Shown piece after piece: positions 41,421 to 52,453 of a stretch of DNA of 64,000 nucleotides (its first letter is position 1; each line of letters begins with the position of its first letter). Below the pieces are notes generated by a model. That model was not told the DNA's origin and did no database searches. It saw nothing but the letters and a program-made list of their open reading frames with translations. The stretch comes from an uncultured Acidobacteriota bacterium (lineage in GTDB: Bacteria; Acidobacteriota; Thermoanaerobaculia; UBA5066; Gp7-AA6), in NCBI GenBank assembly GCA_963764715.1, contig CAVXTP010000010.1, positions 192,001 through 256,000 of the forward strand, written 5' to 3'. Position numbers and translations under genes: made by a program.

Positions 41421-42983
41421 TTACCCGGGCCCGGCGAGGACGCGCCAGTTCGCCAGCCGCTCCGCCGTCTCAACGGCCCGGCGCGCCGCGAGGCGGCAGA
41501 GCAGCGCCGAGAGGTCCGCGCAGCCCTCCGGATCTGACGCCTCGAGCGCCTCGAACCGCGCGCGCGGCAGCTCGAGCACGACGGCGTCCTCGTGCGCTCG
41601 GGCGTCGGCCGAGCGGCCGGAGCCCGGATCGAGAAGCGCCATCTCGCCGAAGATCTCGCCCGCGTCGAGGAAGGCGAAGGCTTCTTCGCCGCCCGAGATC
41701 TGGCGGGAGATGCGCACCCGGCCGCGCGCGATGACGTAGATCGCGTCCCCGGCGTCGCCCTCCCGGAAGATCACGGTCTCCGCGGGAAAGATCTTCTCGT
41801 CGGCGAAGACGGCGAAGAGAAAGCGGTCCGACTCGGTCAACCCGACGGTGGTCAGGGAGCGCGACCGGTCTTCGAGCGAGAGGGAGTCCGAGGCCTCGAC
41901 CGGGGCGCCGCGGCCCCCCGTCCTTCCGGCCGGCCCCCGGTCGTTCGGGAAGAACTGGCGGAAGAGGTCGTTCAACCGCGCCAGCCGCCGCGCCAGCCGC
42001 GTCCGCAGGTAGCGCAGCCACACGGCGCGGTCCGGATCCGAGGAGAAGAAGTCGATCGTGAAGCCGAGGAGCGTCACCGGGCCCCGCGCCCGCGCGTCGC
42101 AGGTCCGGGGAGACCCGACGAGGGCCTCCTCGCCGACGAGGTCGCCGGCCTGCGCCTCGCCCATCGGCTGGTCGCCGACGGGGGTCGGCCGTACGAGATC
42201 GATCGTTCCCTGCACGACGAACGAGATCTCGCTCGCCGCGTCGCCCGCGCGGTAGAGCGAGCTCCCGGTCGGGAGGCGCCGCATCTCGCCCGCGGCCGCG
42301 GCGGCGAAGAGGGCCCCCTCGCCGAGGCCCTGGAGGACGGGCATTTCGGCGAGCCGGCGCGCCCGATCGAGCGCGCCCTCGGTCGAGCCGGCGCTGCGCC
42401 GGATGAGGGAGCGCAGCAGCTCGGCGGAACGGTCCGGCACGACGACTCCCGGGGCGCGAGCCGCGGCCTCGTTCGCGAGCCGCGTGCGCGACGCGGCCAC
42501 CGCCTCGGGCCAGCTCGGGATCTCCTTCGGAGCGAGGGCCCGGGCGGCGCGCAGGAACCGCCGGTCGGCGGCGTCGGGCAGGCCGTCGGGCCGCAGGAGC
42601 GAGGCCTCGAGGAGGTCCCCGACGGCCTCGGCGAAGCGCTTCTCGAGAAACCCCAGGCGGCCGCGCGCCGACGCGATGCGCGGGTCGAACGGGTCGCGGC
42701 GCCGGGCCTCGTCGAGCAGGCGCCGGGCCTCTCGGAAGTCGTGGGCCTCGAGAAGCAGCCGCGCGACGAGCACCGGATCGTTGCCGTCGAGGGCATAGGG
42801 CCGCCCCTGGTCGATCTGCCCGGTGGAGATGAGGAGGCGCGCGAGCGACGCCGACGAGGCGGCGCGGTCCTGGGCCTCGAGGGTCTCGGCGAGCCGGAAG
42901 AGCATGTCGGCCTCGGCCGACAGCCCGGCCGCTTCGCAGTTGCGCGCCGCGGCGCGCGCCCGCTCCGCGGGCGAGCCGGTCAC
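41421..42983 (-). CDS. TPR plus tandem cyclic-nucleotide-binding domain protein
   Basis: N-terminal TPR-like helices; LYRAGD..GEEAL..PRTCDARA and IFREGD..FGEMALL..RSADARA. Start codon uncertain. Confidence 0.75.
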   Translation of the reverse strand: MTGSPAERARAAARNCEAAGLSAEADMLFRLAETLEAQDRAASSASLARLLISTGQIDQGRPYALDGNDPVLVARLLLEAHDFREARRLLDEARRRDPFDPRIASARGRLGFLEKRFAEAVGDLLEASLLRPDGLPDAADRRFLRAARALAPKEIPSWPEAVAASRTRLANEAAARAPGVVVPDRSAELLRSLIRRSAGSTEGALDRARRLAEMPVLQGLGEGALFAAAAAGEMRRLPTGSSLYRAGDAASEISFVVQGTIDLVRPTPVGDQPMGEAQAGDLVGEEALVGSPRTCDARARGPVTLLGFTIDFFSSDPDRAVWLRYLRTRLARRLARLNDLFRQFFPNDRGPAGRTGGRGAPVEASDSLSLEDRSRSLTTVGLTESDRFLFAVFADEKIFPAETVIFREGDAGDAIYVIARGRVRISRQISGGEEAFAFLDAGEIFGEMALLDPGSGRSADARAHEDAVVLELPRARFEALEASDPEGCADLSALLCRLAARRAVETAERLANWRVLAGPG

Positions 42984-43106
42984 GGCTCTCCGAACCCGGA
43001 CGAACCCATCGTCCCCCCGAAAAATCTCGGCGGATTCTATCCGCCCGGAGGCCGGGTCGACCGAATCTCCCGGCCCCGCATCCGTTGTGCTAGTTTCCCT
43101 CCCTGC

Positions 43107-44221
<1,115 letters not shown>

Positions 44222-44222
<1 letters not shown>

Positions 44223-44608
44223 TGGACGACCTGCATTACAGCGAAAGCCACGAGTGGGTGCGCGTGGACGGCGACACCGGCACGATCGGGATCACCGACC
44301 ATGCGCAGAAGCAGCTCGGCGAGATCGTTTACCTGGAGCTTCCCGAGGCGGGCCACGTCTACAACGCCAACGACGAATTCGGGACCGTCGAGTCGGTCAA
44401 GGCCGTCTCGGAGCTCTTCATCCCGGTCTCGGGCGAGGTGGTCGAGATCAACAAGGCCGCGGTGGCCGAGCCCGGCATCATCAACGACGACCCGCAGGGC
44501 GACGGCTGGCTGATCAAGGTCAAGCTGTCGACGGACGAGGAGATCGGGAAGCTCATGTCCGCGGACGCCTACGCGAAGTACGTCCGCGAGGAGGAGCAGG
44601 AGAAGTGA
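44222..44608 (+). CDS. gcvH: Glycine cleavage H protein
   Basis: HEWV, GITDHAQ, lipoyl-Lys motif ESVKAVS. Confidence 0.95.
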
Positions 44609-45948
44609 AGTTCCTGCCGGCCTCCGACGCCGAGCGGCGGGAGATGCTGGCCGCGATCGGCGTCTCCTCCGTCGACGATCTCTTCGCGACCGTGCCGGCC
44701 GCGGTGCGGCAGGCCCCGGACCTGCCCGACCCGCTCTCCGAGATCGAGATCCGCCGCTTCCTCGGGGGGCTCGCGGCCCGTAACGCCAGCGCCCGGGACA
44801 CGGCCTTTTTCCTGGGCGGCGGCGTCTACAACCACTACGTCTCGGCGATCGCCGACCAGATGCTCTACCGGGCCGAGTGGCTGACCGCGTACACGCCCTA
44901 CCAACCCGAGGTCTCGCAGGGGACGCTGCAGTCGATCTTCGAGTTCCAGACCCACGTCTGCCTGCTGACGGGCCTCGAGGTCGCCAACGCGTCGCTCTAC
45001 GAGGGGGCCTCCGCCCTCGTCGAGGCGCTCCTCATGGCCGAGCGCCTTTCGAAGGGAAAGAAGCGCGCCGTGCTGTCGGCCGGGATCCACCCGGAATACC
45101 GCGAGACGGTCGAGAGCTACTTCGCGAACCTCGGGCTCGACGTCGTCGAGGTTCCGGTCGGCGCCGACGGGGCGACCGACGCGCGGGCCCTCGCCGCGGC
45201 CGCCGACGCGACCACGTTCGCCGTCGCCGTCCAGTCGCCCAACGTCTACGGGATCGTCGAGGACTGGAACGTCGGATCGGCCGTGGCGCGCCAGGCCGGC
45301 GCCCTCTCGGTCGCCGTGGTCGCCGAGGCGGCGTCGCTGGCGTTTCTCGCTCCGCCGGGAGAGGGCGGCGCCGACATCGCCTGCGGCGAGCTGCAGGCGC
45401 TCGGCGTGCCGATGCACCTCGGCGGCCCGCTCCTCGGCTTCATGGCCTGCCGGTCGGAGCACCAGCGGCAGATTCCGGGACGCCTCGTCGGCCAGACCCA
45501 GGACGCCGACGGCCGGCGCGCCTTCTGCCTGACGCTCTCGACGCGCGAGCAGCACATCCGCCGGGAGAAGGCCACCTCCAACATCTGCACGAACCAGGGG
45601 CTCATGGCCCTCGCCTCGAACATCCACATGTCCCTGCTCGGGAAGAAGGGCCTGCGGGAGGTCGCCGCGCAGAGCCACGCGAAGGCCGAGTACCTGAAGG
45701 CCGCGATCGCGAAGGTCCCGGGCTTCGGCATCCCGCTGTCGGGCCCGACGTTCAACGAGTTCGTCGTCGAGGCGCCGGAGGACGCGGCGGCGCTGCTCGA
45801 CCGGCTCGCCCAACGCCGGATTCTCGGCGGGATACCGCTCTCGCGGTGGGGCGGCGACCGGCGGCGGTTCCTCGTCGCCGTCACGGAAATGAACACGCGG
45901 GCCGAGATGGACGGCTTCGTCGCGGCCCTCGCCGGGAGGGCGCCGTGA
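44605..45948 (+). CDS. gcvPA: Glycine dehydrogenase subunit 1
   Basis: TAYTPYQPEVSQG, NASLYEG, TREQHIRREKATSNICT. Confidence 0.94.
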   Translation: MKFLPASDAERREMLAAIGVSSVDDLFATVPAAVRQAPDLPDPLSEIEIRRFLGGLAARNASARDTAFFLGGGVYNHYVSAIADQMLYRAEWLTAYTPYQPEVSQGTLQSIFEFQTHVCLLTGLEVANASLYEGASALVEALLMAERLSKGKKRAVLSAGIHPEYRETVESYFANLGLDVVEVPVGADGATDARALAAAADATTFAVAVQSPNVYGIVEDWNVGSAVARQAGALSVAVVAEAASLAFLAPPGEGGADIACGELQALGVPMHLGGPLLGFMACRSEHQRQIPGRLVGQTQDADGRRAFCLTLSTREQHIRREKATSNICTNQGLMALASNIHMSLLGKKGLREVAAQSHAKAEYLKAAIAKVPGFGIPLSGPTFNEFVVEAPEDAAALLDRLAQRRILGGIPLSRWGGDRRRFLVAVTEMNTRAEMDGFVAALAGRAP

Positions 45949-47447
45949 GCCTGGAGATCGAAGAGAAAGCGGCCGCCACCGTTTCTCCCCGGCCCGAGCC
46001 GCGGCCCGAGCCGCTCGTGTTCGAGCGGTCGGGCGAAGGAAAGGTCGGCTACAGCCTGCCGGCGCTCGACGTGCCCGAAGCCAACGCCATCCCGGAGCGG
46101 CTGCGCCGGGGGGAGGTCGCGGGCGAGACGGAGATCACCGAGGTCGAGGTCGCCCGGCACTTCACGCGGCTCTCGCGCCTGAACTTCTCGATCGACCAGG
46201 GCCTCTACCCGCTGGGCTCGTGCACGATGAAGCACAACCCGCGCACCAACGAGGAAATGGCGCGGCTGCCGGGCTTCGCGGCCGCCCACCCCCTGGCGCC
46301 GGAGTCGGTGTCGCAGGGTTCCCTGGAGCTCGCATGGCGGCTCGAGCGCATCCTGGCGGAGCTGACGGGGCTCTCCCGCGTGACCCTGCAGCCGTCGGCC
46401 GGCGCGCAGGGCGAGCTCGCCGGGATCCTCATGGTGCGGCGCGCCCTCGAGAAGGCGGGCCGCGCGCGGACGACCGTCCTCATCCCCGACTCGGCGCACG
46501 GCACCAACCCGGCCTCGGCCCACTTCGCCGGCTACAAGGTCAAGGAGCTCAAGTCCAACGCCCACGGCACGATCGATCTCGGGGCCCTCGAGGCCGCCAT
46601 GACCGAGGACGTCGCGGCGCTGATGTTGACGGTGCCCAACACGCTCGGCGTCTTCGAGGACCGGATCCTCGACATCGCCTCGATCGTCCACGCCAGGGGC
46701 GGGTACCTCTACTGCGACGGCGCGAACTTCAACGCGTTCGTCGGCATCGCGAAGCCGGGGCTCATGGGCGTCGACGTGATGCACATGAACCTCCACAAGA
46801 CCTTCTCGACGCCGCACGGCGGGGGAGGGCCGGGCTCGGGGCCAGTGGCCGTCGGCGCGAGCCTCGTCCCGTTCCTGCCGCGCCCGACGGTCGAGCGGCG
46901 CGAGGACGGGACGTATTTCCTGGACTTCGACCGGCCCGATTCGATCGGCCGCCTGCGGACTTTCCTCGGCAACTTCGGCATGTTCGTGCGCGCGCTCTCG
47001 TACATCGCCGCCTACGGCAACCGCATCGGCGAGGTGGCCCGCGGCGCCGTCCTGAACGCGAACTACCTGCGGGCCGGGCTCTCCGACGTGTACCACCTCA
47101 AGTACGACGCGCCGTCCATGCACGAGGTGGTGCTCTCGGACAAGAAGCAGGTTGAGCTCGGCGTGTCGAACATGGACATCGCCAAGCGGCTCATGGACTA
47201 CGGCTTCCATCCCCCGACGGTGTCGTTCCCGCTCATCGTCCACGGGGCCCTCATGATCGAGCCCACCGAGACCGAGGGAAAGCCCGGGCTCGACGCCTTC
47301 ATCCGGGCGATGCGCGAGATCGCGCGCGAGTGCGCCGAGGCGCCCGACGTCGTCCACGGCGCGCCCCACACGACGCCGGTCCGGCGGGTCGACGAGGTCG
47401 GCGCGGCCAAGAAGCTCGTTCTGCGCTGGAGGCCGGAAAACCGGTAA
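45945..47447 (+). CDS. gcvPB: Glycine dehydrogenase subunit 2
   Basis: YPLGSCTMKHNP, SAHGTNPAS, PLP motif NLHKTFSTPHGGGGPG. Confidence 0.94.
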   Translation: MSLEIEEKAAATVSPRPEPRPEPLVFERSGEGKVGYSLPALDVPEANAIPERLRRGEVAGETEITEVEVARHFTRLSRLNFSIDQGLYPLGSCTMKHNPRTNEEMARLPGFAAAHPLAPESVSQGSLELAWRLERILAELTGLSRVTLQPSAGAQGELAGILMVRRALEKAGRARTTVLIPDSAHGTNPASAHFAGYKVKELKSNAHGTIDLGALEAAMTEDVAALMLTVPNTLGVFEDRILDIASIVHARGGYLYCDGANFNAFVGIAKPGLMGVDVMHMNLHKTFSTPHGGGGPGSGPVAVGASLVPFLPRPTVERREDGTYFLDFDRPDSIGRLRTFLGNFGMFVRALSYIAAYGNRIGEVARGAVLNANYLRAGLSDVYHLKYDAPSMHEVVLSDKKQVELGVSNMDIAKRLMDYGFHPPTVSFPLIVHGALMIEPTETEGKPGLDAFIRAMREIARECAEAPDVVHGAPHTTPVRRVDEVGAAKKLVLRWRPENR

Positions 47448-47524
47448 GCAGTCTGCAGTAAGCGGCAAGCAGGAGAACGTCGGCCGCCGGTCTGATTGCT
47501 TACTGCTTACCGCTTACCGCTTAC
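47443..47524. repeat. Inverted arrays of 7-bp tandem repeats (RGTAAGC x4 imperfect / YGCTTAC x4)
   Basis: ggtaagc agtctgc agtaagc ggcaagc ... tgcttac tgcttac cgcttac cgcttac. Confidence 0.75.
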
Positions 47525-47554
47525 TCCCCTGATATCCTCCCTCCCCGGACCGCC

Positions 47555-47833
47555 ATGAGCAGCGACGCCTTCCATCGCAAGTGCCCGCTCTGCGGGGGGG
47601 AGATGCTCCGCTCCCGGTCCAACACCTCGGGCTACACCTCGTACTTCTGGAAGAAGCCCTGGAAGACCGGCCTCTTTTCGTGGGGCGTCGAGAAGGTGTT
47701 TCCCTGGGCGTGCATGGGCTGCGGCGTCGTCCTCTTCTACCTCGACCGCCTGCCGGCCGTGGCCGAGGAGTACCGGGGCTCGCGCGACCCGGGCCGCGCG
47801 CCCGACGGCTACCCCGCGACGATCAAGCCTTGA
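47555..47833 (+). CDS. Small zinc-ribbon protein
   Basis: CPLCGGEM and WACMGCG CxxC pairs; stop overlaps the next TTG start. Confidence 0.7.
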   Translation: MSSDAFHRKCPLCGGEMLRSRSNTSGYTSYFWKKPWKTGLFSWGVEKVFPWACMGCGVVLFYLDRLPAVAEEYRGSRDPGRAPDGYPATIKP

Positions 47834-49623
47834 TCGCGATCGGCTACCTGGACGGGAACCGCCTCTCGCGCGCGGTGATCGCCGGCGCGCACTTCGTCGC
47901 CGAGCGCGCCGAGGCCCTCAACAAGATCAACGTGTTCCCGGTGCCCGACGGCGACACGGGGACCAACGTGGCCTCGACGCTGCAGAAGGTCGCGGCCGGG
48001 ATCTCGCGCATCCGCCAGCGGCACATCCGGGAAATGTCGAAGACCCTGGCGGATTCGGCGATCGGCGGCGCGCGCGGCAATTCGGGCGCCATTCTCGCGC
48101 AGTTCTTCTGCGGTTTCTCCGAGGGCCTGCCCGACGCGCCGCGGATCACGACGGGCGCATTCGGGTCGGCCGTCGTCCGCGCCGCCGAGTCGGCCTACAG
48201 CGCGATCGCCCGTCCGGTCGAGGGGACGATCCTGACCGTGATCCGCGACTGGGCCCGCCATGTCGCCGACCGCGCGGCCGAGGTGCGGGACTTCGGCATC
48301 CTGCTCCCCGAGTCGCTCAAGGTCGCGAAGACCTCGCTCGAGAACACGCCCAAGCAGATGAAGGCCCTGCAGAAGGCGGGCGTGGTCGACGCCGGCGCGC
48401 AGAGCTTCGTCTATCTCCTCGAGGGGATCGTCGCGTACCTGCGGGAGGCGGCCCGGTTCGCTCCGCCGCCGGTCGAGCCGGAGGAGGTCCGGGCCGCCGT
48501 CTTCGACAAGACGCCGGAGTCGATTCTCTTCCGTTACTGCACGGAGGCGCTCCTCGAGGGCGACGCGATCGACCGCGACGCCATCCGCCGCGAGGTCGCG
48601 CTGTTGGGCGACTCGCTCGTGCTCGCCGGGGGCGCCTCCCGCGTGCGTCTCCACGTCCACACCAACGAGCCCGAAAAGCTCTTCGCCGTCGCGGCGCGGT
48701 TCGCCGACGTCGCGCAGACGAAGGTCGAGGACATGCGGGCGCAGCACGAGTCCCGCTTCGACCAGAACCGCGCTGCCCGGGTCGGGATCGTGACCGACTC
48801 GACCTGCGACCTGCCGGCGGCCCTGCTCGAGGACTTCGGCGTCGGCATCGTTCCGGTGCGCGTCTTCTTCGGCTCCGAGAACTACCTCGACAAGGTCACG
48901 ATCAGCCCGTCCGAGTTCTATGCCCGCTTCTCCGTGACGGACGAGGCCCCCAAGACCTCGCAGCCCCCGCCCGCCGACTTCACCCAGGTCTACGAGAACG
49001 TCGCGGCGCACGCCGGCTCCATCGTGTCGATCCACCTCTCGGCCGGCGTCTCGGGCACGTACCAGGCGGCGAAGGTCGGAGCCCGCCCGGTCGGGAAGAC
49101 GAACATCGTGCACGTCGACAGCCGCACCGTCTCGGTCGGCCTCGGCCTCGTCGTCCGCGCCGCCGCCGAGGCCGCTGCTGCCGGCCGGAGCGCGGAGGAA
49201 GTCGTGCAGGTCGCCCTCGACACGGCGGACCGCGTGCGCACCTTCGTCGCCGTACCGACGCTGAAGCACCTGGTGCGGGGCGGCCGCGTCTCGCCCCTGA
49301 AGGGCATGGTCGCGAAGCTGCTGGGGCTTCTTCCCGTGCTGACGATGTCGCGCGAGGGCGTGGCCGTCCCGGCGGGCAAGGCGCGCGGGTACGAAGCGGC
49401 GCGCCGGAAGATGATGGCGCTCGTCTTCGACGAAGCCGGGGAGCGCGTCAGCGCGTCCCGCCGGTTCGGCGTCGCGCACTGCGACGCCGAGGACGCGGCC
49501 GAGGAGGTCGCGCGCGAGATCCGGGCCCACTACCCCGAGTCCGACGTGATGATCGTCGAGTGCGGACCGGCGCTCGGCGCCCACGGGGGCCCCGGGGCGC
49601 TCGCCGTGGCGGTGTTGCCGTAG
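47830..49623 (+). CDS. DAK2-DegV fusion (FakA/FakB-like fatty acid kinase)
   Basis: LNKINVFPVPDGDTGTN, GARGNSG, GTILTV, VVDAGA, YCTE, LHVHT (FakA-like), then IVTDSTCDLP, KTSQP, LSAGVSGTY, GGR, HGGPG (DegV). Confidence 0.88.
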   Translation: MIAIGYLDGNRLSRAVIAGAHFVAERAEALNKINVFPVPDGDTGTNVASTLQKVAAGISRIRQRHIREMSKTLADSAIGGARGNSGAILAQFFCGFSEGLPDAPRITTGAFGSAVVRAAESAYSAIARPVEGTILTVIRDWARHVADRAAEVRDFGILLPESLKVAKTSLENTPKQMKALQKAGVVDAGAQSFVYLLEGIVAYLREAARFAPPPVEPEEVRAAVFDKTPESILFRYCTEALLEGDAIDRDAIRREVALLGDSLVLAGGASRVRLHVHTNEPEKLFAVAARFADVAQTKVEDMRAQHESRFDQNRAARVGIVTDSTCDLPAALLEDFGVGIVPVRVFFGSENYLDKVTISPSEFYARFSVTDEAPKTSQPPPADFTQVYENVAAHAGSIVSIHLSAGVSGTYQAAKVGARPVGKTNIVHVDSRTVSVGLGLVVRAAAEAAAAGRSAEEVVQVALDTADRVRTFVAVPTLKHLVRGGRVSPLKGMVAKLLGLLPVLTMSREGVAVPAGKARGYEAARRKMMALVFDEAGERVSASRRFGVAHCDAEDAAEEVAREIRAHYPESDVMIVECGPALGAHGGPGALAVAVLP

Positions 49624-50141
49624 CCGTCCTGACGGTCGGCCACTCGAATCGGTCCCTGGAGGATTTCCTGGCGCTCCTCGCGGCCCACCGCGTCGAGTGC
49701 ATCTTCGACGTCCGGCGGTATCCCGTCTCGCGCAAGTGGCCGCACTTCGACGCGGGGCCGCTCGAGGCGGCGCTCCGCGCGGCCGGAATCGAGTATGTCG
49801 GCCTCCCCGAGCTCGGCGGCCGGCGCCGGCCGGGGCCGGACTCCGCGCACGTCGCCTGGCGGGAGGAAGGCTTCCGCGGTTTCGCCGACTTCATGGAGAC
49901 GCCCGAGTTCGAGGCCGGCCTCGCCCGCGTCCGGTCGCTCTCCGAGGGCGCGCGGGCCGCGCTTCTCTGCGCGGAGGCGCTGCCGTGGAAGTGCCACCGG
50001 TCGCTGATCGCCGACGCCCTCGTCGCGCGCGGCGAGGCGGTCGAAGAGATCCTCTCGGCCGGCCCGGCGCGGCCGCACCGGCTGCCGTCGTTCGCCCGCG
50101 TCACGCCGGATGGCCGGCTGATCTACGACGGAAAGGTCTAA
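49560..50141 (+). CDS. DUF488 family protein (start uncertain, probably near 49620)
   Basis: TVGHSNRS, DVRRYP, ELGGRR, LLCAE..WKCHR motifs. Confidence 0.8.
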   Translation: MRTGARRPRGPRGARRGGVAVAVLTVGHSNRSLEDFLALLAAHRVECIFDVRRYPVSRKWPHFDAGPLEAALRAAGIEYVGLPELGGRRRPGPDSAHVAWREEGFRGFADFMETPEFEAGLARVRSLSEGARAALLCAEALPWKCHRSLIADALVARGEAVEEILSAGPARPHRLPSFARVTPDGRLIYDGKV

Positions 50142-52240
50142 ATCCGGCGCTTGGCGGCGAGCAGCAGGACATCGCGCTGGCCGGGCGAGACGCCCGCTTT
50201 CTTCCAGTCGGCGACGAGGGTGGCGAATCCCGCGGCCAGGGCCTGCATCTCGCAAGCGCGCGCGAGTTTCTGGACGGCTTTCTCGGGCGACGAGGCCTTG
50301 CCCGGCGGCTGGAGCCCGAAAAGGCCCCGGGAGGCGAGGATGAGGAGGTCGCCCGCGGCCGTCTCGAGGGCCGCCTCGGAAACGCCTCCGGACTCGCGTA
50401 CCTCGAACGGGACGGCGCGCCCGAATCGCAGGAGATAGGGCACCGGCGCGCCGTGGGCGGCCATCGCGATCCGGTCGCCGTCCCACCGCGCGGCGGTCGC
50501 GGAGATCCCGGGCTCGAGCTCGCCGGCGCGGCGGACGATCTCCGACGGCGCGGCCGACGGGAGCAGCGAGCGGGCGAGCCGCGAGGCCCGGACGATCGGA
50601 CCGACCGACTCCTCGAGCTCGCGCGCGTCCTCGACGAGGAGCAGCGCGAGCGAGCCGGGCCGCGCCTCGACGGCGTAGACGGAGAGGCCGGGCTCCTCGG
50701 CGTGCCAGCGCAGCGGCGCGGACTCGAAGCCCGGCGTGTCGGGCCAGCTCGTGGGGTTCAGCAGGGGCGAGACGGCCCGGAGAATCGCCGCGGCGCCGTC
50801 GCGGCGGGCCTGGCGGACGGCGGCCTCGTGCTCCCGCACGCTCTCGACGGCGAGGGCCGCGTGCGTTCCGACCTCGGCCAGGAACTCCTCGTCCTCGCGG
50901 GTGAAGTTGCGCCGGCGCTTGTTGAGGACCTCGACGACCCCGACGATCTCGCCGCGGGGCGTTCGCAGGGGGGCGGCCACCATGGAGACGGTCTTGAATC
51001 CCGAGTCGGCGTCGACGCTCTTGTCGAACCGGGCGTCCTCGTAGGCGTTGACCGTGGTGATGACCTGGCCCGTCTTCGCGACCGTCCCGGCGATGCCGCT
51101 CCCCACCCGGACGCGGATCGGATCGACCGCCCCGCCCTCGAGGACCTGGCTGACGAGCTCGTCCGAGCCCGGCTCGCGCAGGAAGATCGTCCCGCGCTCG
51201 GCGTCCGTCTCGGAGATTGCCGTCTTCAGGATGATGCGGAGCGTTTCCGTGGGATCGAAGGTCTCGGCCAGGGACTTGTTGGCCTCGAGGATCACCATCA
51301 GCTTGACCATGCGCGCGCGGGTCACGGAAACCTCCGCGAGCACCCGGTCGAGGACCTGGCCCTCGAACGCCGAGATCGCGTCGGACAGCGCGGTGGCGTC
51401 GGAGAAGCGGGCTTCCGGGTCCTTCGCGATCGAGCGCTCGAGGATGTCGCGGAGCTGCGGCGGCAGGTCCGGCCGCAGCGACTCGACCTTCGGGGCCGCC
51501 TCCGTGACGACGCGGCGCACCAGCCGCGCGGTGTCGTCGTCGTCGAACGGCACGCGCCCCGTGAACATCTCGTAGAGCAGGACGCCCATGGCGTAGACGT
51601 CGGTCCTGACCGACGGCATTGACCCGCAGAGCAGCTCCGGCGCGAGGAACTCGGGAGTCCCCGGGACCGTGTCGCCCTTCTCCCCGGACACGAGGGCCGT
51701 TTCGACGGCGATTCCGAAGTCCATCAGGCGCGGCTTGCCGTCGTCGCCGACGATGACGTTCTCCGGCTTCAGGTCGCGGTGGAGGACGCCGATGCGGTGC
51801 GCCGCCGCGAGCCCGCCGCAGATGCCCTTGGCGATCGCGAGCCCGCGCCCCAGCGGCAGGGTGCGCTCGCGCTCTTCGATCTCTTTGAGGGTCTTGCCGG
51901 GCAGGTACTCCATCGAGACCCACTCCTCGCCGTTGATGTCGACGAGGTCATAGACGCGGCAGACGTTCTCGTGGGTCACCTTGCGCGAGAGGATGATCTC
52001 CCGCCGGAGCGTCTCCCGCCGTTCCGGCGAGACGCGGTCGGGCCGGATCCGCTTCAGGGCGATCTCCTGGTCGAGCCGGAGGTCGCGGGCCCGGTACACG
52101 ACGCCCATGCCGCCGAAGCCGAGCACCGCGTCGATCCGATAGCGCTCGCCGAGGACGGTGCCGACGCCGACCGGCTTCTCGCGCGCGGCGGCGCGGGGCG
52201 TCGATCCGTCGCGCGGGGGAGGCGGGCTCTCCTGGGACAA
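50138..52240 (-). CDS. Cytoplasmic Ser/Thr kinase - GAF - degenerate SpoIIE/PP2C-like fusion
   Basis: LGFGGMGVVY, ALK, HRDLKPEN, DFG; GAF (AERGTIFL, GIAGTVA, NAYEDARF, EVLNK); C-terminal PP2C-like remnant. Confidence 0.82.
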   Translation of the reverse strand: MSQESPPPPRDGSTPRAAAREKPVGVGTVLGERYRIDAVLGFGGMGVVYRARDLRLDQEIALKRIRPDRVSPERRETLRREIILSRKVTHENVCRVYDLVDINGEEWVSMEYLPGKTLKEIEERERTLPLGRGLAIAKGICGGLAAAHRIGVLHRDLKPENVIVGDDGKPRLMDFGIAVETALVSGEKGDTVPGTPEFLAPELLCGSMPSVRTDVYAMGVLLYEMFTGRVPFDDDDTARLVRRVVTEAAPKVESLRPDLPPQLRDILERSIAKDPEARFSDATALSDAISAFEGQVLDRVLAEVSVTRARMVKLMVILEANKSLAETFDPTETLRIILKTAISETDAERGTIFLREPGSDELVSQVLEGGAVDPIRVRVGSGIAGTVAKTGQVITTVNAYEDARFDKSVDADSGFKTVSMVAAPLRTPRGEIVGVVEVLNKRRRNFTREDEEFLAEVGTHAALAVESVREHEAAVRQARRDGAAAILRAVSPLLNPTSWPDTPGFESAPLRWHAEEPGLSVYAVEARPGSLALLLVEDARELEESVGPIVRASRLARSLLPSAAPSEIVRRAGELEPGISATAARWDGDRIAMAAHGAPVPYLLRFGRAVPFEVRESGGVSEAALETAAGDLLILASRGLFGLQPPGKASSPEKAVQKLARACEMQALAAGFATLVADWKKAGVSPGQRDVLLLAAKRRI

Positions 52241-52278
52241 AGCAGCGTGATTCTATGGCCCGCACGGGCGGTCTTCCT

Positions 52279-52307
52279 TTGACTTTCCTTCCGCCGAGGT
52301 CTAGATT
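52279..52307 (+). promoter_or_regulatory. Sigma70-type promoter of the fadL-like operon
   Basis: TTGACT-N17-TAGATT. Confidence 0.6.
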
Positions 52308-52453
52308 CCGGCCTAATGTCCCGTCACGGAGGTCGCTCCTTCGATTGGGCTTTTCGTCGCGCCGCGACTCCGATCTCGTTGGCCGGTCACTAGCGTGGGA
52401 AACGACCGACTCGTCCTGAATCCGTTTCCAATCAAAGCTGAGGGAGGAGCATT

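Noticed and set aside
42984-43106. Glycine riboswitch upstream of gcvT
   Set aside because: The intergenic space is short, the -10 lies 10 nt from the ATG, and no aptamer motifs were seen.
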